DNA of 63,628 nt, filler included, from Octopus bimaculoides (GCF_001194135.2; 7 parts of 7 records of this genome joined end to end with filler, not necessarily neighbours in it), one strand, 5' to 3'. Shown: positions 27,883-41,271, counted from the whole stretch's first letter. Numbers and translations are program-made. The notes: a model not told the origin generated them from the sequence alone.

Positions 27883-28028
27883 CTAAACGCTCTCTGTTGA
27901 GGATCTGTTGTGTAGATAGCAGTGGTTACATGACGGGGTTTATGTAAATCAGTGATCGCAGTCGTCGATGCTGTTTGTCTGGGTGACTTCAGGGTGGAGG
28001 TTTCGTTAGAATTTGAAGATGTCGTGAT
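27883..28028 (-). CDS. unc5: UNC-5 internal exon (UPA-to-death-domain linker)
   Basis: Minus strand: acceptor gtgtttcag|, donor |gtaact, 146 nt, phase 0 to 2, open frame ITTSSNSNETSTLKSPRQTASTTAITDLHKPRHVTTAIYTTDPQQRAF(R). The AFR end matches the AF(K/R) preceding UNC5 death domains. Same strand as, and upstream of, the terminal exon. Confidence 0.85.
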
Positions 28029-28176
28029 CTGAAACACCAATAACATTTTTCTAGTTGTTGTTGCTGTGCTGTTGTTACTGTAGTTGTGATATTATTAATG
28101 AGTTTAAAAATGCTGCAAATTATTAGCCTCATTTTTAGCCTATACTTTATATTAGAGAGTGTAGGAATATATATGC

Positions 28177-28233
<57 letters not shown>

Positions 28234-28876
28234 GTATTATCTTTATGTAACATGCATATATATATATATATGTATGTGTATATATATATGTATATATTCA
28301 ACGCACACACACATATATATACACACACATACATACACACAATATTAGTGTGCTTTGTACACACTACAAATGTCCAATAGTATCAGTTAATTTATTCCAT
28401 TAAACACCTACATTCACACGTATGAATCTATATCCATGAACATCAGTGATATTTCAATACACTTATTCATACAGCTGTTTCAATAACACTTATGCAATAT
28501 GTAAGAATTATTGAAACAGCTGTCGGAAAGACCAAAAGAGACATCGCTGATGTTTTCTCTTACTCTGTCTAATATATATATAAATATACATAGGTAGGTA
28601 GTTAGCATGTGCTTCAGTTAAATTTCATATAAAAATATTTAATTTCATTGACAAAACCTATCTCCCCACCAAAAAGCAAATAAACAAACAAACAACTCAG
28701 CACCTAAGCAAAGAAAAAGATATATATATAAGGTTATACATAGATGTAGCTTACAGGATTCTAGTTTCCCAGAATTTAAGAGTTTCATATTCTTCTTTAT
28801 AGGAACTCTTTAGATGGGTCTGTTTGATGGGTGAACATGAACCTATCCAATAAAGCTTTTATATTTATATATATCT

Positions 28877-29095
28877 TTTATCTTTTACTTGTTTCAGTCA
28901 TTAGACTGTGGCCATCATGATGAAGAATTTTAGTTGAACAAATTGGCCCCAGTACTTATTTCTTTTGAGCCTGGTACTTATTTTATCAGTCTCTTTTGCT
29001 GAATCGCTATGTTATGAGGGATATAAATACACCAACACCGGTTGTCAAGTGGTGGTGGTGGTGTGGACAAACACAAAGACACACACACATATACC
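28877..29095 (-). mobile_element. SINE family B 3' half
   Basis: tcttttacttgtttcagtcatt tail and body. Confidence 0.8.
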
Positions 29096-29533
29096 ATTAT
29101 CATCANNNNNNNNNNNNNNNNNNNNNNNNNNNNNNNNNNNNNNNNNNNNNNNNNNNNNNNNNNNNNNNNNNNNNNNNNNNNNNNNNNNNNNNNNNNNNNN
29201 NNNNNNNNNNNNNNNNNNNNNNNNNNNNNNNNNNNNNNNNNNNNNNNNNNNNNNNNNNNNNNNNNNNNNNNNNNNNNNNNNNNNNNNNNNNNNNNNNNNN
29301 NNNNNNNNNNNNNNNNNNNNNNNNNNNNNNNNNNNNNNNNNNNNNNNNNNNNNNNNNNNNNNNNNNNNNNNNNNNNNNNNNNNNNNNNNNNNNNNNNNNN
29401 NNNNNNNNNNNNNNNNNNNNNNNNNNNNNNNNNNNNNNNNNNNNNNNNNNNNNNNNNNNNNNNNNNNNNNNNNNNNNNNNNNNNNNNNNNNNNNNNNNNN
29501 NNNNNNNNNNNNNNNNNNNNNNNNNNNNNNNNN

Positions 29534-30318
29534 ATCATATACAAATAATACCATGGCCTTCAACATATAAAAGAAATATATATATAAACACTGAAGGTAA
29601 AAAAAATATATATCCACATATAAAAAATACAAAAATATATAGAAGAAATCCCTAACTAAAAAATGCACAAAAATATAAAAACACTATATAAGAAAATTAT
29701 CTTATTTTATGGTTCGCCAGGTTGGTGGCTGCTATTTCTAGGAATTTTTCTACCCAGTTTTGAAACCCAGTAAGCAAACTAAATATTATCTACCACATCT
29801 AGCCTTACTTTTATATACTTTCAGAAAGGTAAAAGAGGACTTATATTTTTTAGTTAGGAATTTTGGACTGGTCCTGCTAAAAGTTATAAATAAGAATTAT
29901 GTTCGTATTGTAATTCTTGTGAACTACTTGAATGTAAATTCCTAGAGATTTCTGTTCATCCTGATAAGGGGATCATTGCCAAGATGCACTTTAACTTGCA
30001 ATTGGACTGTGGCAATGAACTCCTGAAATGGTCATAGGTGTGGATTTTGACTTTACCCTTTTTCAGGACCTACCATGGATTGCTTCATTTTTAAGAGCTG
30101 ACTATTTTGATATATTTTTAGTCGATGGGTAAAATTTTAGTAATGTTTTAGTAATTCTTTTTAATCACCTACTTTAGTTGATTTTTATATACATTTTTCC
30201 AGATAGGTCCTTGTATATAGTTTTGTATTTTTTTATATGTGCATATATATATTTTTTACCTTCAGTGTTTATATATTTCTTTTATATGTTGAAGGCTATG
30301 GTATTATTTGTATATGAT
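29534..30318. mobile_element. foldback/MITE-like element with about 110-bp AT-rich inverted arms
   Basis: 29534-29640 is the diverged reverse complement of 30215-30318. Confidence 0.6.
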
Positions 30319-30384
30319 GAAATGTATAGAAGCGTGGAGTTATATAAAGTCGGCCCAAATTTGATGTTTGTTCTCCAATCAATG

Positions 30385-30422
<38 letters not shown>

Positions 30423-30776
30423 CAGAGAAAGAGAGAGAGAGAGAGGGGGGAGAGGAGTTGGGGGGTTATGCCCTCTTAAATATGGATGTTCTTTTAGAAG
30501 AAGTTATACTTCAGTAGATACCCCTGCCTGCTACTGACTGTCACTACTACATATTTTCTAACAGAACATCAACATTTAAATGGGTTAAATATTACTTCTC
30601 AGTATTAATACTGCCTCTGTTGCTACTATATATATATACNNNNNNNNNNNNNNNNNNNNNNNNNNNNNNNNNNNNNNNNNNNNNNNNNNNNNNNNNNNNN
30701 NNNNNNNNNNNNNNNNNNNNNNNNNNNNNNNNNNNNNNNNNNNNNNNNNNNNNNNNNNNNNNNNNNNNNNNNNNNN

Positions 30777-30812
<36 letters not shown>

Positions 30813-31169
30813 CAGAGAAAGAGAGAGAGAGAGAGGGGGGAGAGGAGTTGGGGGGTTATGCCCTCTTAAATATGGATGTTCTTTTAGAAGAAGTTATACT
30901 TCAGTAGATACCCCTGCCTGCTACTGACTGTCACTACTACATATTTTCTAACAGAACATCAACATTTAAATGGGTTAAATATTACTTCTCAGTATTAATA
31001 CTGCCTCTGTTGCTACTATATATATATACACACATATATATACACACACACACACATATATGTATATATATATATATATATATACATATATATATAAAAT
31101 CTCTACACATTTTTTCTCTCTGTGTATTTTTTTTCATCCTTTTATTCATATTTTTGTGGTTTCAAGTTT

Positions 31170-31535
31170 AGTCCCTCCGTGTGACACCTTGGACAAATGT
31201 CTTCTACTATAACCAGGTCAACCAAAGTCTTGTGAGTGGATTTAATTAATGAAAACTGAAAGAAGCCCATTGTTTGTGTGTGTGTGTTTGAGAGAGAGAG
31301 CTTTCATGTTTCCTTGTCTTAACATTGCATGTCAGTTGTAAACAAGTGTCACTGTCATTTGTTTTGGAGTCTTCCACAAAATTATGTCTGATGATTGTGC
31401 TGTTTGAATGGAAATATCAAAATGTTAGCTTGCTTGGGAATGGAAATGGCATCCTGCTATGGAAAATCTGCCTCAATAAATATCTCATATCATCCACGCA
31501 AGTATGAGAAAATCAACATGAAAATGTTGATGATG
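31170..31535 (+). mobile_element. SINE with family B head and family C (GAT)n tail
   Basis: gacaccttggacaaatgtcttctactata head, (TG)n middle, ends gttgatgatgatgatgat. Confidence 0.65.
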
Positions 31536-32319
31536 ATGATGATATTGTTTGATACCACTGGTCTCATATTATTTATCCCTAATGCAAATGCATATGGTAT
31601 CTTAGACTTTGTTTGAAATTCCTACCAAACGCCTTTTCCTCCATATTGAAAATGGTCACATCTCAGATGTGACTTCATCTTTATCATACAAAACACCAAG
31701 CATGCTTCCTAAAGTGGTTAGTCAAAACAATGTGTGAAGGAATCCTTTTATTTCTATCTCGTCAAGGACATGACAACTCCTTTAGTGCTGGTGCCAGCAA
31801 AGGTTTGGGTGGAAGGAGACATATTCAGTCATGGAAGCAAAACCACAAAAGAAATATATAAATGACACATGGTCTTTTGACCTTTCTATGGGGGTGGGGG
31901 GTGGCTTCAAATAAGGACTTGACTCTTAACAACCTATCCAATAAATGGCTGCATAGAAAATGGATGCAAAATGGTGATGACAGTGAACACATACCCTTAT
32001 ATGTATATATATAGTTCAAATTTATGGAAAACAAAAGACAAAGACAGATGAAGGAACAACAAGCAGGTGTATTAGTTTAACACTTGGGAAGAATGGAAAG
32101 TGTTTGACGTTTTGAGCCAATGCTCTTCGACAGAAAGGATTAAGAGGAAAAAAATGAACTCCTTAACAAAAAAAAAAAATTGAAATACACACACATTGTG
32201 TAGATAGGGTTAAAAAGACGAAGCTGTGTCTGCTTATTTCCGTTTTCCAAATTGATATGTAGATGTTATATCTGTGTGAGACAGAAGTAAGCATAAGAGC
32301 TGAAAATACTGGAAAATAT

Positions 32320-32545
32320 TTGGTATTATTTATTCACCATTACACGTGTTTCATTTGCTAATAGGAGCTACAAAATTGTATATGTAGAAGAAAACAAATA
32401 AGATATCTCATCAAATAATACTATATTATTTGATTCTTGGTCACAAGAATTTCTAATAGGAGCTATTTTACATGTTTTCTTCATGTAAAACTTTGTAACA
32501 CCTATTAGCAAATGAAACATGTGTAATGGAAAATAAATAATACAA
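32320..32545. mobile_element. MITE-like element with about 55-bp TIRs
   Basis: tattatttattcaccattacacgtgtttcatttgctaatagg ... cctattagcaaatgaaacatgtgtaatggaaaataaataata. Confidence 0.7.
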
Positions 32546-32750
32546 ACAAATTTCAGTCTTCCATTTTGATATATGTATATGTATATGTATATATATACAC
32601 ATACATATATACTTAACGATCCAATTGTGGGACCTCGAAGACTGTAACAGNNNNNNNNNNNNNNNNNNNNNNNNNNNNNNNNNNNNNNNNNNNNNNNNNN
32701 NNNNNNNNNNNNNNNNNNNNNNNNNNNNNNNNNNNNNNNNNNNNNNNNNN

Positions 32751-32786
<36 letters not shown>

Positions 32787-33195
32787 CATACATACATGAA
32801 CATATATATATTGCGGGTTTGTGTATGGACATGTATATATATCCGTGTGTATATATATATGTATATATCTGTGTATATGTATGTATGCGTCTGTATATGC
32901 GAACACGCATGTACATATATATTTATGCACATATCTATGTGATGTACGAATGCTTGTATATATAAATATATTGTTTATATATAAATATAAATATATATAC
33001 ATATATGTATGTGTATATATATATATATATATNNNNNNNNNNNNNNNNNNNNNNNNNNNNNNNNNNNNNNNNNNNNTTAATTAATTAANNNNNNNNNNNN
33101 NNNNNNNNNNNNNNNNNNNNNNNNNNNNNNNNTTTATATTTATAAATAGACGTACGTACGTGTATACATAGACAGACATAAATTATACAAAAACA

Positions 33196-33236
<41 letters not shown>

Positions 33237-33446
33237 TATATGTATATATATGTGTGTGTATATATATATATATCTATATGTGTGTGTGTGTATATATGCA
33301 TATATATGTATACAGACACACACTCATACGCATTTACATTCAAACATACACGCATACAGACAGAAAGACAGACGGATAGATAGATTAATAGATATAGTAC
33401 ACACATGTATATATTTGTGTGTCACATATGTACACACATAAAAGTA

Positions 33447-33495
<49 letters not shown>

Positions 33496-33532
33496 GTCTG
33501 TCTATCTATCTATCTATCTATCTATCTGTCGG

Positions 33533-33578
<46 letters not shown>

Positions 33579-34659
33579 CATATGTCTGTGTGAGTGTGTA
33601 CGTATATATCTTCGTGTACAGATATATACACATATGCATATCAGTATATTTATGTAGACATATATATTTATATATATGTATGTATCTATATACACATATA
33701 TGTCTATATTTACATGTATTAGAAATATACATATACGTGTATATACATATACGTGTATATATATATATACGTGTATATATATATATATATATATATATAT
33801 NNNNNNNNNNNNNNNNNNNNNNNNNNNNNNNNNNNNNNNNNNNNNNNNNNNNNNNNNNNNNNNNNNNNNNNNNNNNNNNNNNNNNNNNNNNNNNNNNNNN
33901 NNNNNNNNNNNNNNNNNNNNNNNNNNNNNNNNNNNNNNNNNNNNNNNNNNNNNNNNNNNNNNNNNNNNNNNNNNNNNNNNNNNNNNNNNNNNNNNNNNNN
34001 NNNNNNNNNNNNNNNNNNNNNNNNNNNNNNNNNNNNNNNNNNNNNNNNNNNNNNNNNNNNNNNNNNNNNNNNNNNNNNNNNNNNNNTATATATGCATGTA
34101 TGTATGTTCTCAGGCTCACGTAAACGCTCATTTCTATTAATGTTGGCAGCCCTTAAAAACGCATTACGAATCCGAAATGTCGAAATGTGCATGGTGGTGG
34201 TGGTGGTGCCTTGGTGAGTAATTGTTGTGATGATGATGATGATGATGACGATGACGATAACAGTGGTGGCGCTAGTGATGGCTTACCTAATTCCTTCTTA
34301 TACCACTAGTATCTGAGAAACGTACAAAATACGCTGCTATGGTGACGAGCATTGCTTGGGTGCATTTTAGCCCCTGGTCAGTCTCCAATGAGCAGGCCTA
34401 TACTCAAACATTTTCCAGTCTGGATCATCTCGTTTCCATCTCCATAGAACTCCGTAACATCGCGGTATTGTTAAAAATTCTTTGATTTCATTCCGTGGTT
34501 AAGGTTGCTGAAAGCGTAACGCTCGAAATTATTCCAGCATTTGTAAGGTTCTACGATTTACTTCCATAGTGAATGTTGTTTAAGGCGTAACACACGAAGT
34601 TTTGTTTTTATTTTTTTTTAAACGTTCCTCGATTTCATTGTATAGTTAATTTTATTTAA

Positions 34660-34879
34660 CCGTTTAGCATTTAAACCGACCATATCAGGCCCGAATATTC
34701 TATCTATTTTATATTGAAACTAGCCAGATCGGACCTCTCACACATACCCTACCATGTCATTCTAGAAATATACAATCATACAATCAAACTATCAAAGCTG
34801 CTACATAATGCATGATTAATTCCAAACAATGTGAATAAATAAATGTTACATCTGACAGAATTATTTAAGCGCTAAAGGG
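34660..34879. mobile_element. piggyBac-like MITE, family 1
   Basis: TTAA|CCGTTTAGC ... GCTAAAGGG|TTAC; second copy at 48547-48767. Confidence 0.7.
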
Positions 34880-34898
34880 TTACATTCACTATGTCCAG

Positions 34899-34933
<35 letters not shown>

Positions 34934-35529
34934 AATTAAAAGTATTCATTGGGAATCTAGGCACATCAATAGGTAGAATGCCACCGAATGGCTAGAAAAA
35001 TCAAACAGAGGAGACGGTGAAACAATCCATCCTTGGAAATAAGTCTGAAGCACGCATACACACTTATTCGGCGCTTGCACATACGCGTGCACGCATACAT
35101 TAACACTCATTTTCATAAATAAGGTGTATGTGTGTATGTATATATGTCGTGATGTCTGTGTACGTAGATACGTAAACTAATTATAATCTCATACTGTGCA
35201 TCATACTCTGTGTGTGTTTGTGTGTGTGTGTGTGCAAACTTATTCTAAAACAGATTCGGTGTTATAGCGTCTCTTCTAACTGTTGGGGTCTGTTTACATA
35301 GCGAGATTGTAATTTCGTCTTTAACATATTGTCTTTCACTTCCGTATACACGTTACATATTTTACCATAGGTTACGCTGGTGCATATATATATATATATA
35401 TANNNNNNNNNNNNNNNNNNNNNNNNNNNNNNNNNNNNNNNNNNNNTTAATTAATTAANNNNNNNNNNNNNNNNNNNNNNNNNNNNNNNNNNNNNNNNNN
35501 NNATATATATATATATATATATATATATA

Positions 35530-36255
35530 CAGGGTGCGATGAGTAAATTTTCGCCATTTTATACTTTTAATTTTGCGCATGCACATTGTTTGCTTTTGAT
35601 TTTGTTGACTGCACAGTATAGTAGGGTCAGTTGGGCACCATCTGTGAGAAAAATAGCAGCATGACGCAATTCACTCAGCCAGAAATTTGGAAACAACATA
35701 CTGTGTTGCTTGACATTCATGCCGGAAGCTTCAATTCAAATATTTCAGAGTGTTTGGGTGTCAATCTGAGGACAGTGCAATCTGTGGACATGTATCAAGA
35801 GTGATGAAAATCTGCTGGAAGACCCTCTGTCTTGCAACAGGACTCTGTACCATGCTACACAGGCAGGAAAATCCAGTCATGGCTGTCAGACAATTTCTGC
35901 AACCACATCACCCCTAACATCTGGCCACCTAACTCCCCAGACTACAAACACTTGATTATTATGTGTGGGGTGCAGTTGAGCAAGAGACCAACAAAACTCC
36001 TTGTAACACCAAAGATGAACTGAATTATGGCAGCATTCACCAACTTAAACGAGGATACCATGCAGAAGAGTTGCAAAAGATTCTGAAGTCATCTGGAGGC
36101 CATGGTTGAAGTCAAAGTGATATTTTTGAATAAATTTACTCTTTAGTATTTCAAGATATTTTTATGTAATTTTGGCAAATATATCTGTTAAAATGAGATG
36201 TCAGTGTTATTTTCATTTTTGCGTAATTTAGATGACAGTTTATTCATTGCCGTTG
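35530..36255 (+). mobile_element. Tc1/mariner maT-like (DD37D-type) transposon, internally deleted
   Basis: TA|CAGGGTGCGATG left end inside (TA)n. N-terminus MTQFTQPEIWKQH...LGVNLRTVQ joined to QQDSVPCYT...WPPNSPD. Degenerate right TIR near 36230-36255. Confidence 0.75.
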
Positions 36256-36419
36256 AAATCTACAAGTTTTTTTCATCCTCTCTCTGTTTATTTTCTTGTA
36301 TTCCTTTGTGTTGAAGGCCAGGAACTATACTTTTGAAAACAAGACATTTGTACAAGAGCCAGAGGCAGTTTCATTCTCTCTCTGTTTATTTTCTCATATT
36401 CCTTTCTGTTGAAGGCCAA

Positions 36420-36540
36420 GAGCTGCACTAGGTCCCATCATCTGTTTTGGCACGATTTCTATGTTTGGATGCCCTTCCTAATGCCAAACCACTTTACAGA
36501 GTGTACTGGGTGCTTTTTACACAGTACTATCACCAGTGTG
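36420..36540 (-). mobile_element. SINE family C fragment
   Basis: ggatgcccttcctaatgccaaaccactttacagagtgtactgggtgc. Confidence 0.7.
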
Positions 36541-37199
36541 AATGTATGTATGTATTTATTGACATGGTTGTGTAGTTAAGAAATTCGCTATACAACCTTT
36601 ATAAAAGCATTGATATTTACTTCATGCTAAATAAATATCCTGATTTATATCAATAAGTTGCTCCTTCAATAAGATTAATACTCATTCATAGTTAGAGCAT
36701 CTACACTTATTGACCTTTGGAGCTGCATTTTGAGTGTTTAATATGGCACTAGTTGGTAATTTCTTTAAAGATTTTAATTGCATTTTACTTTTAATTATTT
36801 TTGTGTTTCAAGTACTTTTTTAATTCTCAAGTCCTTCTTCAGAAATAATATATTTTGATGAATGATATATGCTTTTGAATTCCTTAGATATGTACTGAAA
36901 CACAGCATTGAAATTATCTGAAGTATCTTTTGTCCTTCCCAATTCCTGAATATCTGTCACATATGCTTGCTCTCCATTTAATTATCAATTAATGTTGCCA
37001 AGGACTGTCTTTCAAGTAATAATTTCTTTAATTCTTGCAGTCATTTATCCAGAGATTTAAAAATAGATACAATTGTGCAGATGTTTCTTGCCAAATTAAA
37101 TAGTATTTTTGATATTTTGTCTTGTATATTTTGAATGGCAAGAAAGGAATAAATATTGTTTTGAGTATGTTAAGTCTTTAATAGATGTCACAGAACAAT

Positions 37200-37485
37200 G
37201 GTTATATGGTAATATACCGACTCTCTCATCAACCATCGAAGAGCAGAGATTGAGATTTGCTGGCCACTGTTGGAGAAGTAATGAAGAACTTGTGAGTAAT
37301 GTGTTGCTGTGGACACCAAATCATGGTACCACAGCAGCTGGAAGACCATGGAAGACGTATATACAACAGCTGGCAGAAGGTGTTGGATGCCAAGTTGAAG
37401 ACCTAAAAATACTAATGGAAGATTGGGTGGGATGGAGAGAGGTAGTCAGGCTGGCCCAGACAATCAGCCTGACTGGATGATGCCT
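37200..37485 (+). mobile_element. RTE-clade LINE 3' end
   Basis: LYGNIPTLSSTIEEQRLRFAGHCWRSNEELVSNVLLWTP...GRPWKTYIQQL...MEDWVGWRE. Confidence 0.85.
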
Positions 37486-37504
37486 CATTAGATGTCACTT
37501 TTGA

Positions 37505-37760
37505 CCTTTGTCTTTTACTTGTTTCAGTCGTTGGACTGTGGTCATGTTAGGGCACCAACTTGAAGGGTTTTGGGTGAACAAATCAATCCTGATACTTATT
37601 TTTAAGTTTTGTACTTAATCTATAATATCTTTTAGCTTGGTTTCTACAGCCGGATGCCCTTCCTAACACCAACCACTTACAGAGTGTGCTGGGTGCTTTT
37701 TATGTGGCATCAGCACAGGAGCTTTTTACATGGCTCAGCAAAGGTATTCTTTACATGGCA
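37505..37760 (-). mobile_element. adjacent SINE B tail and SINE C fragments
   Basis: tcttttacttgtttcagtc; ggatgcccttcctaacaccaaccac. Confidence 0.7.
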
Positions 37761-38394
37761 CCAGCACGGATGCATTTAACATGGTACCAAATAATGTACC
37801 AAAATCTCAGCCAGAGATTTCTACCAACAATGCATCTTACCATTTACTCATTTTTGTCTTTTAATTAATTTTAACTTTTGAAGCTGAACCAAAGCAGCAG
37901 GAGATTTAGGGGTAGACCAAGAACAAGACAGATGGATAATATCCATAGTCTTAGTTAGTACCAGTTAGGAATCCAATTGGAAAGTACTAATGACAGTTGC
38001 ATCTGATAGGACCTGATGGAGGAGTTGCCTGAGGGCTCTGCCCCACAACCTTCTCAAAAATAGTGGATGTAGAAGATGAATGGAAGGAATTAATTTTCAA
38101 CAGTTTCTCTGGTTAACTTCCTTCTAGCAATGTTACCATGATAAAACACACCTGATACAGCCTGTGTATACTTCATTCAAATAATAATATTGCATTCCTA
38201 GAATGGATATCCCACTCTCCTAATATTTCTTAGTTCTTTTTTTTGTTTTGTTTTTTTTTTCTTTATTCCATTCAAGGGTTTGAAAACTCACAATTAATCC
38301 ATTATTTTCAAGTTTGAAACTGATTTTAACACTGATATATTCCCACAAGTCAATCTAAGATAACAAGGACTTTCAGGCTTGCACAGAGTTTCCT

Positions 38395-38627
38395 ATTTCT
38401 TTACTACCCACAAGGGGCTACACTCAGAGGGGACAAACAAGGACAGACAAACGGATTAAGTCAATTATATCGACCCCAGTGCATAACTGGTACTTATTTA
38501 ATCAACCCCGAAAGGATGAAAGGCAAAGTCGACCTCGGCGGAATTTGAACTCAGAACGTAGCGGCAGACGAAATACCGTTAAGCATTTCACCCGGCATGC
38601 TAACATTTCTGCCAGCTCGCTGCCTTT
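38395..38627 (-). mobile_element. SINE family A variant with an alternative 3' end
   Basis: Near-perfect family A head and body, but the 3' end reads gacttaatccgtttgtctgtccttgtttgtcccc instead of the usual end. Confidence 0.85.
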
Positions 38628-38790
38628 AGGCTTCCACAGAGTTTGCATCTACCTAATTCACTCACAAGGGATTAATCAGCCCAGAGCTATCTTAGAAGAC
38701 TGTCCTAGGTGTCACACAGTAGAAATGAACCTGAAACCATATGGTTCCAATGCAAACTTTTTAACCACATATCTATACCTGTGTCTGATG
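38628..38790 (-). mobile_element. SINE family B head, decayed
   Basis: cactcacaagg...agaagactgtcctaggtgtcac. Confidence 0.65.
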
Positions 38791-39053
38791 TCCATGTTTT
38801 TAAAATGTCTAAAATGGTAGGGTTTTTCTCTCTTTTTTTTTTTACTATGTTCTTCTTAGAGCTAAAAACTATTGTTTATATTATTATTTGATGTGAACTC
38901 TTTAAGTTGATGAAATATGTATCTACAAGTTACAATAATCACCCAAGTACCATTTCCAGTTGTTTGATACATATTTGCAATTGTTCTTAATATTGTTGGA
39001 TTGTTCTTAAAATTTAACTTTTAATATGCCATGACCAAATTAGTGTAAATTAA

Positions 39054-39275
39054 CCCTTTTGTTAACATATTTCTATTGAGATGGTCTGTGTTTCTTTCAA
39101 TTAATTTTAAATATAACAAAAACTTTCATAAAATAACTTAGTTATCATTAAGCTAGTGTTAGGAACATAAATTGTGACTAAAATTAGGAAGAAAATTTTA
39201 ATTCAGAACTTTTGAAAACAAGACATTTGTACTACAGAGCCAGAGGCAGTTTCAGCCGGGCTGGTATCAAAAGGG
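39054..39275. mobile_element. piggyBac-like MITE, family 2
   Basis: TTAA|CCCTTTTGTTAAC ... GGTATCAAAAGGG|TTTT; internal piece recurs at 36330-36372. Confidence 0.65.
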
Positions 39276-39544
39276 TTTTAAGGCAACTGTTCTTCCCATT
39301 ATCGTCTCAGATATTTGTCTGTAAATGATGCCATTAGAAACTAAGTAATTATTTTGTAGTAAAAATGTTATTCCTTCATTGGTAATATTTTTTTACATTT
39401 CATTCAGAAAATTTTCTCTATCGGAATTCTACAACCTCTAACCTGTAATCACAGGGAATCATAATTTAAAGATTCACTACATGAAATGAAATTATAATAG
39501 TGTCTATCTTTTACCTTTTGCTTGTTTCAGTCACCGGACTGCGG

Positions 39545-39850
39545 CCATGCACCTAGAAAGTTCCCATCCAAGGCACAAGTCTGGGGAAGGTTGTTTATGG
39601 AAGACCTGCAATTACCCATGCATACCAGCCTCCCCCTCCACACCACTGATGTTATCCAAGGGAAAGGCAAAGGCTGATACAGCTTGGTGCCAGTGACATT
39701 GCAACTCATTTCTACATCTGAGTGAACTGGAGCAACGTGAAATAAAGTGTCTTGCTCAAGAACACAACACACAGCCCTGTCCAGGAGTCAAACTCACTAC
39801 CTCATGATTGTGAGCCTGACACTCTAACCATTGAGCTATGTGCCTTCACA
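39545..39850 (-). mobile_element. tRNA-derived SINE family F, near full length
   Basis: Minus strand: A box TAGCTCAATGG, B box GAGTTTGACTCC, central GTTCTTGAGCAAGACACTTTATTTCACGTTGCTCCAGTTCACTCAG. Confidence 0.85.
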
Positions 39851-39885
39851 TACAATAATTTTTAGTATAAAATAGGGGTTAAGGG

Positions 39886-40100
39886 TACTCTCTTTTACTC
39901 TTTTACTTGTTTCAGTCATTTGACTGCGGCCATGCTGGTGCACCACCTTTAGTCAAGCAAATCGACCCCAGGACTTATTCTTTGTAAGCCTAGTACTTAT
40001 TCTATTGGTCTATTTTGCCGAACAGCTAAGTTACGGGGACGTAAACACACCAGCATCGGTTGTCAAGCGGTGTTGGTGGAACAAACACAGACACACAAAT

Positions 40101-40145
<45 letters not shown>

Positions 40146-40308
40146 CGAAGGGCTTCTTTCAGTTTCCGTCTACCAAATCCACTCACAAGGCTTTGGTCGG
40201 CCCGAGACTATAGTAGAAGACACTTGCCCAAGGTGCCACGCAGTGGGACTGAACCTGGAACCATGTGGTTGGTAAGCGAGCTCCTTACCACACAGCCATT
40301 CCTGCGCC
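39886..40308 (-). mobile_element. tRNA-derived SINE family B, full length
   Basis: Minus strand: A box TGGCTGTGTGG, B box GGTTCAGTCCC, CORE-like CACCTTGGGCAAGTGTCTT, internal (TA)n(TG)n, (GTAAAAGA)n tail. Confidence 0.92.
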
Positions 40309-41271
40309 CAATTGTCTTGTAATAACAATTTAAAATATAGAATAATTTTTAGTATAAAAAAATATAAAATTCATTTCAGTCCAAAAATATGACTTTAAAA
40401 AAAGTCATTTTACTAACTTTAAAATTTGTATAAGATAATCAATGTGTCTATTTATATTCTTAAGCTAAATGTAAATATGGGTGTATGTTTGTGTGTGTCT
40501 GTATCTGAGTCTGTGTTTGTGTAGAAAAAATTGATTCATTATACATCAGTGTGTGGGTGAAACAGTGTATACATGTATGGGAAAAAGAATGCAGATGTTT
40601 TATGCGTTAACTTTAAGAGTACTGTTAACTGTTTGTATGTGTCCATTTAGAAGAAGGTGGATGTAAATGGGGCATGTGTGTGTATGTGTATGTGTGCATG
40701 CATACACACATATACTCACACACAGAAAGAGAGAGAGAGAGAATTGCTGAAGTAGGTTTGTTGACCATGTCAGTAAAAAATATGTAGGTGATTGAATTAG
40801 CAAGATCAAAACAAGTTCACACAAAGTAATCTAATAAAACTATTTTATAAAATAATTGTAATTATTGAACAATTTTATAGACTAATTTATTTATACATAT
40901 ATATAAAGCAACACAATTTTTAATCAAAATATTTAATGAGGGGAAAAAAAAATACTGTAGGAAAACTTCAATATATTTTATCTGTCCCAATTTCAGGAGT
41001 TAAGTGTTACAGCACCCAGATAATTAATTATATGATCATTGATATGATATTCGCTTACAGTTTGTTTATTGTTTGTTTACTGTATTGTAAATATGTTTTC
41101 TTGGTGTGCCATCATACCACCTGCCAGTTACACAATAAGAATCTCATTTACATCTTGCTTACATTTACTTCATTTTTTTTTTAACATGTCTACATAACAT
41201 TGAATGAATAATAGTAACTTATATGTTAAATGCATTGAGTCAGCTTTCAATACTATTATCGATTCCAAATC

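Noticed and set aside
30388-31030. about 250-bp direct duplication around gap 30640-30776
   Set aside because: Same gap-flanking identical pattern; assembly artefact.
34285-34312. Micro-exon-like segment on the minus strand (tttctcag|...|gtaagc)
   Set aside because: Stop codons in all three frames.
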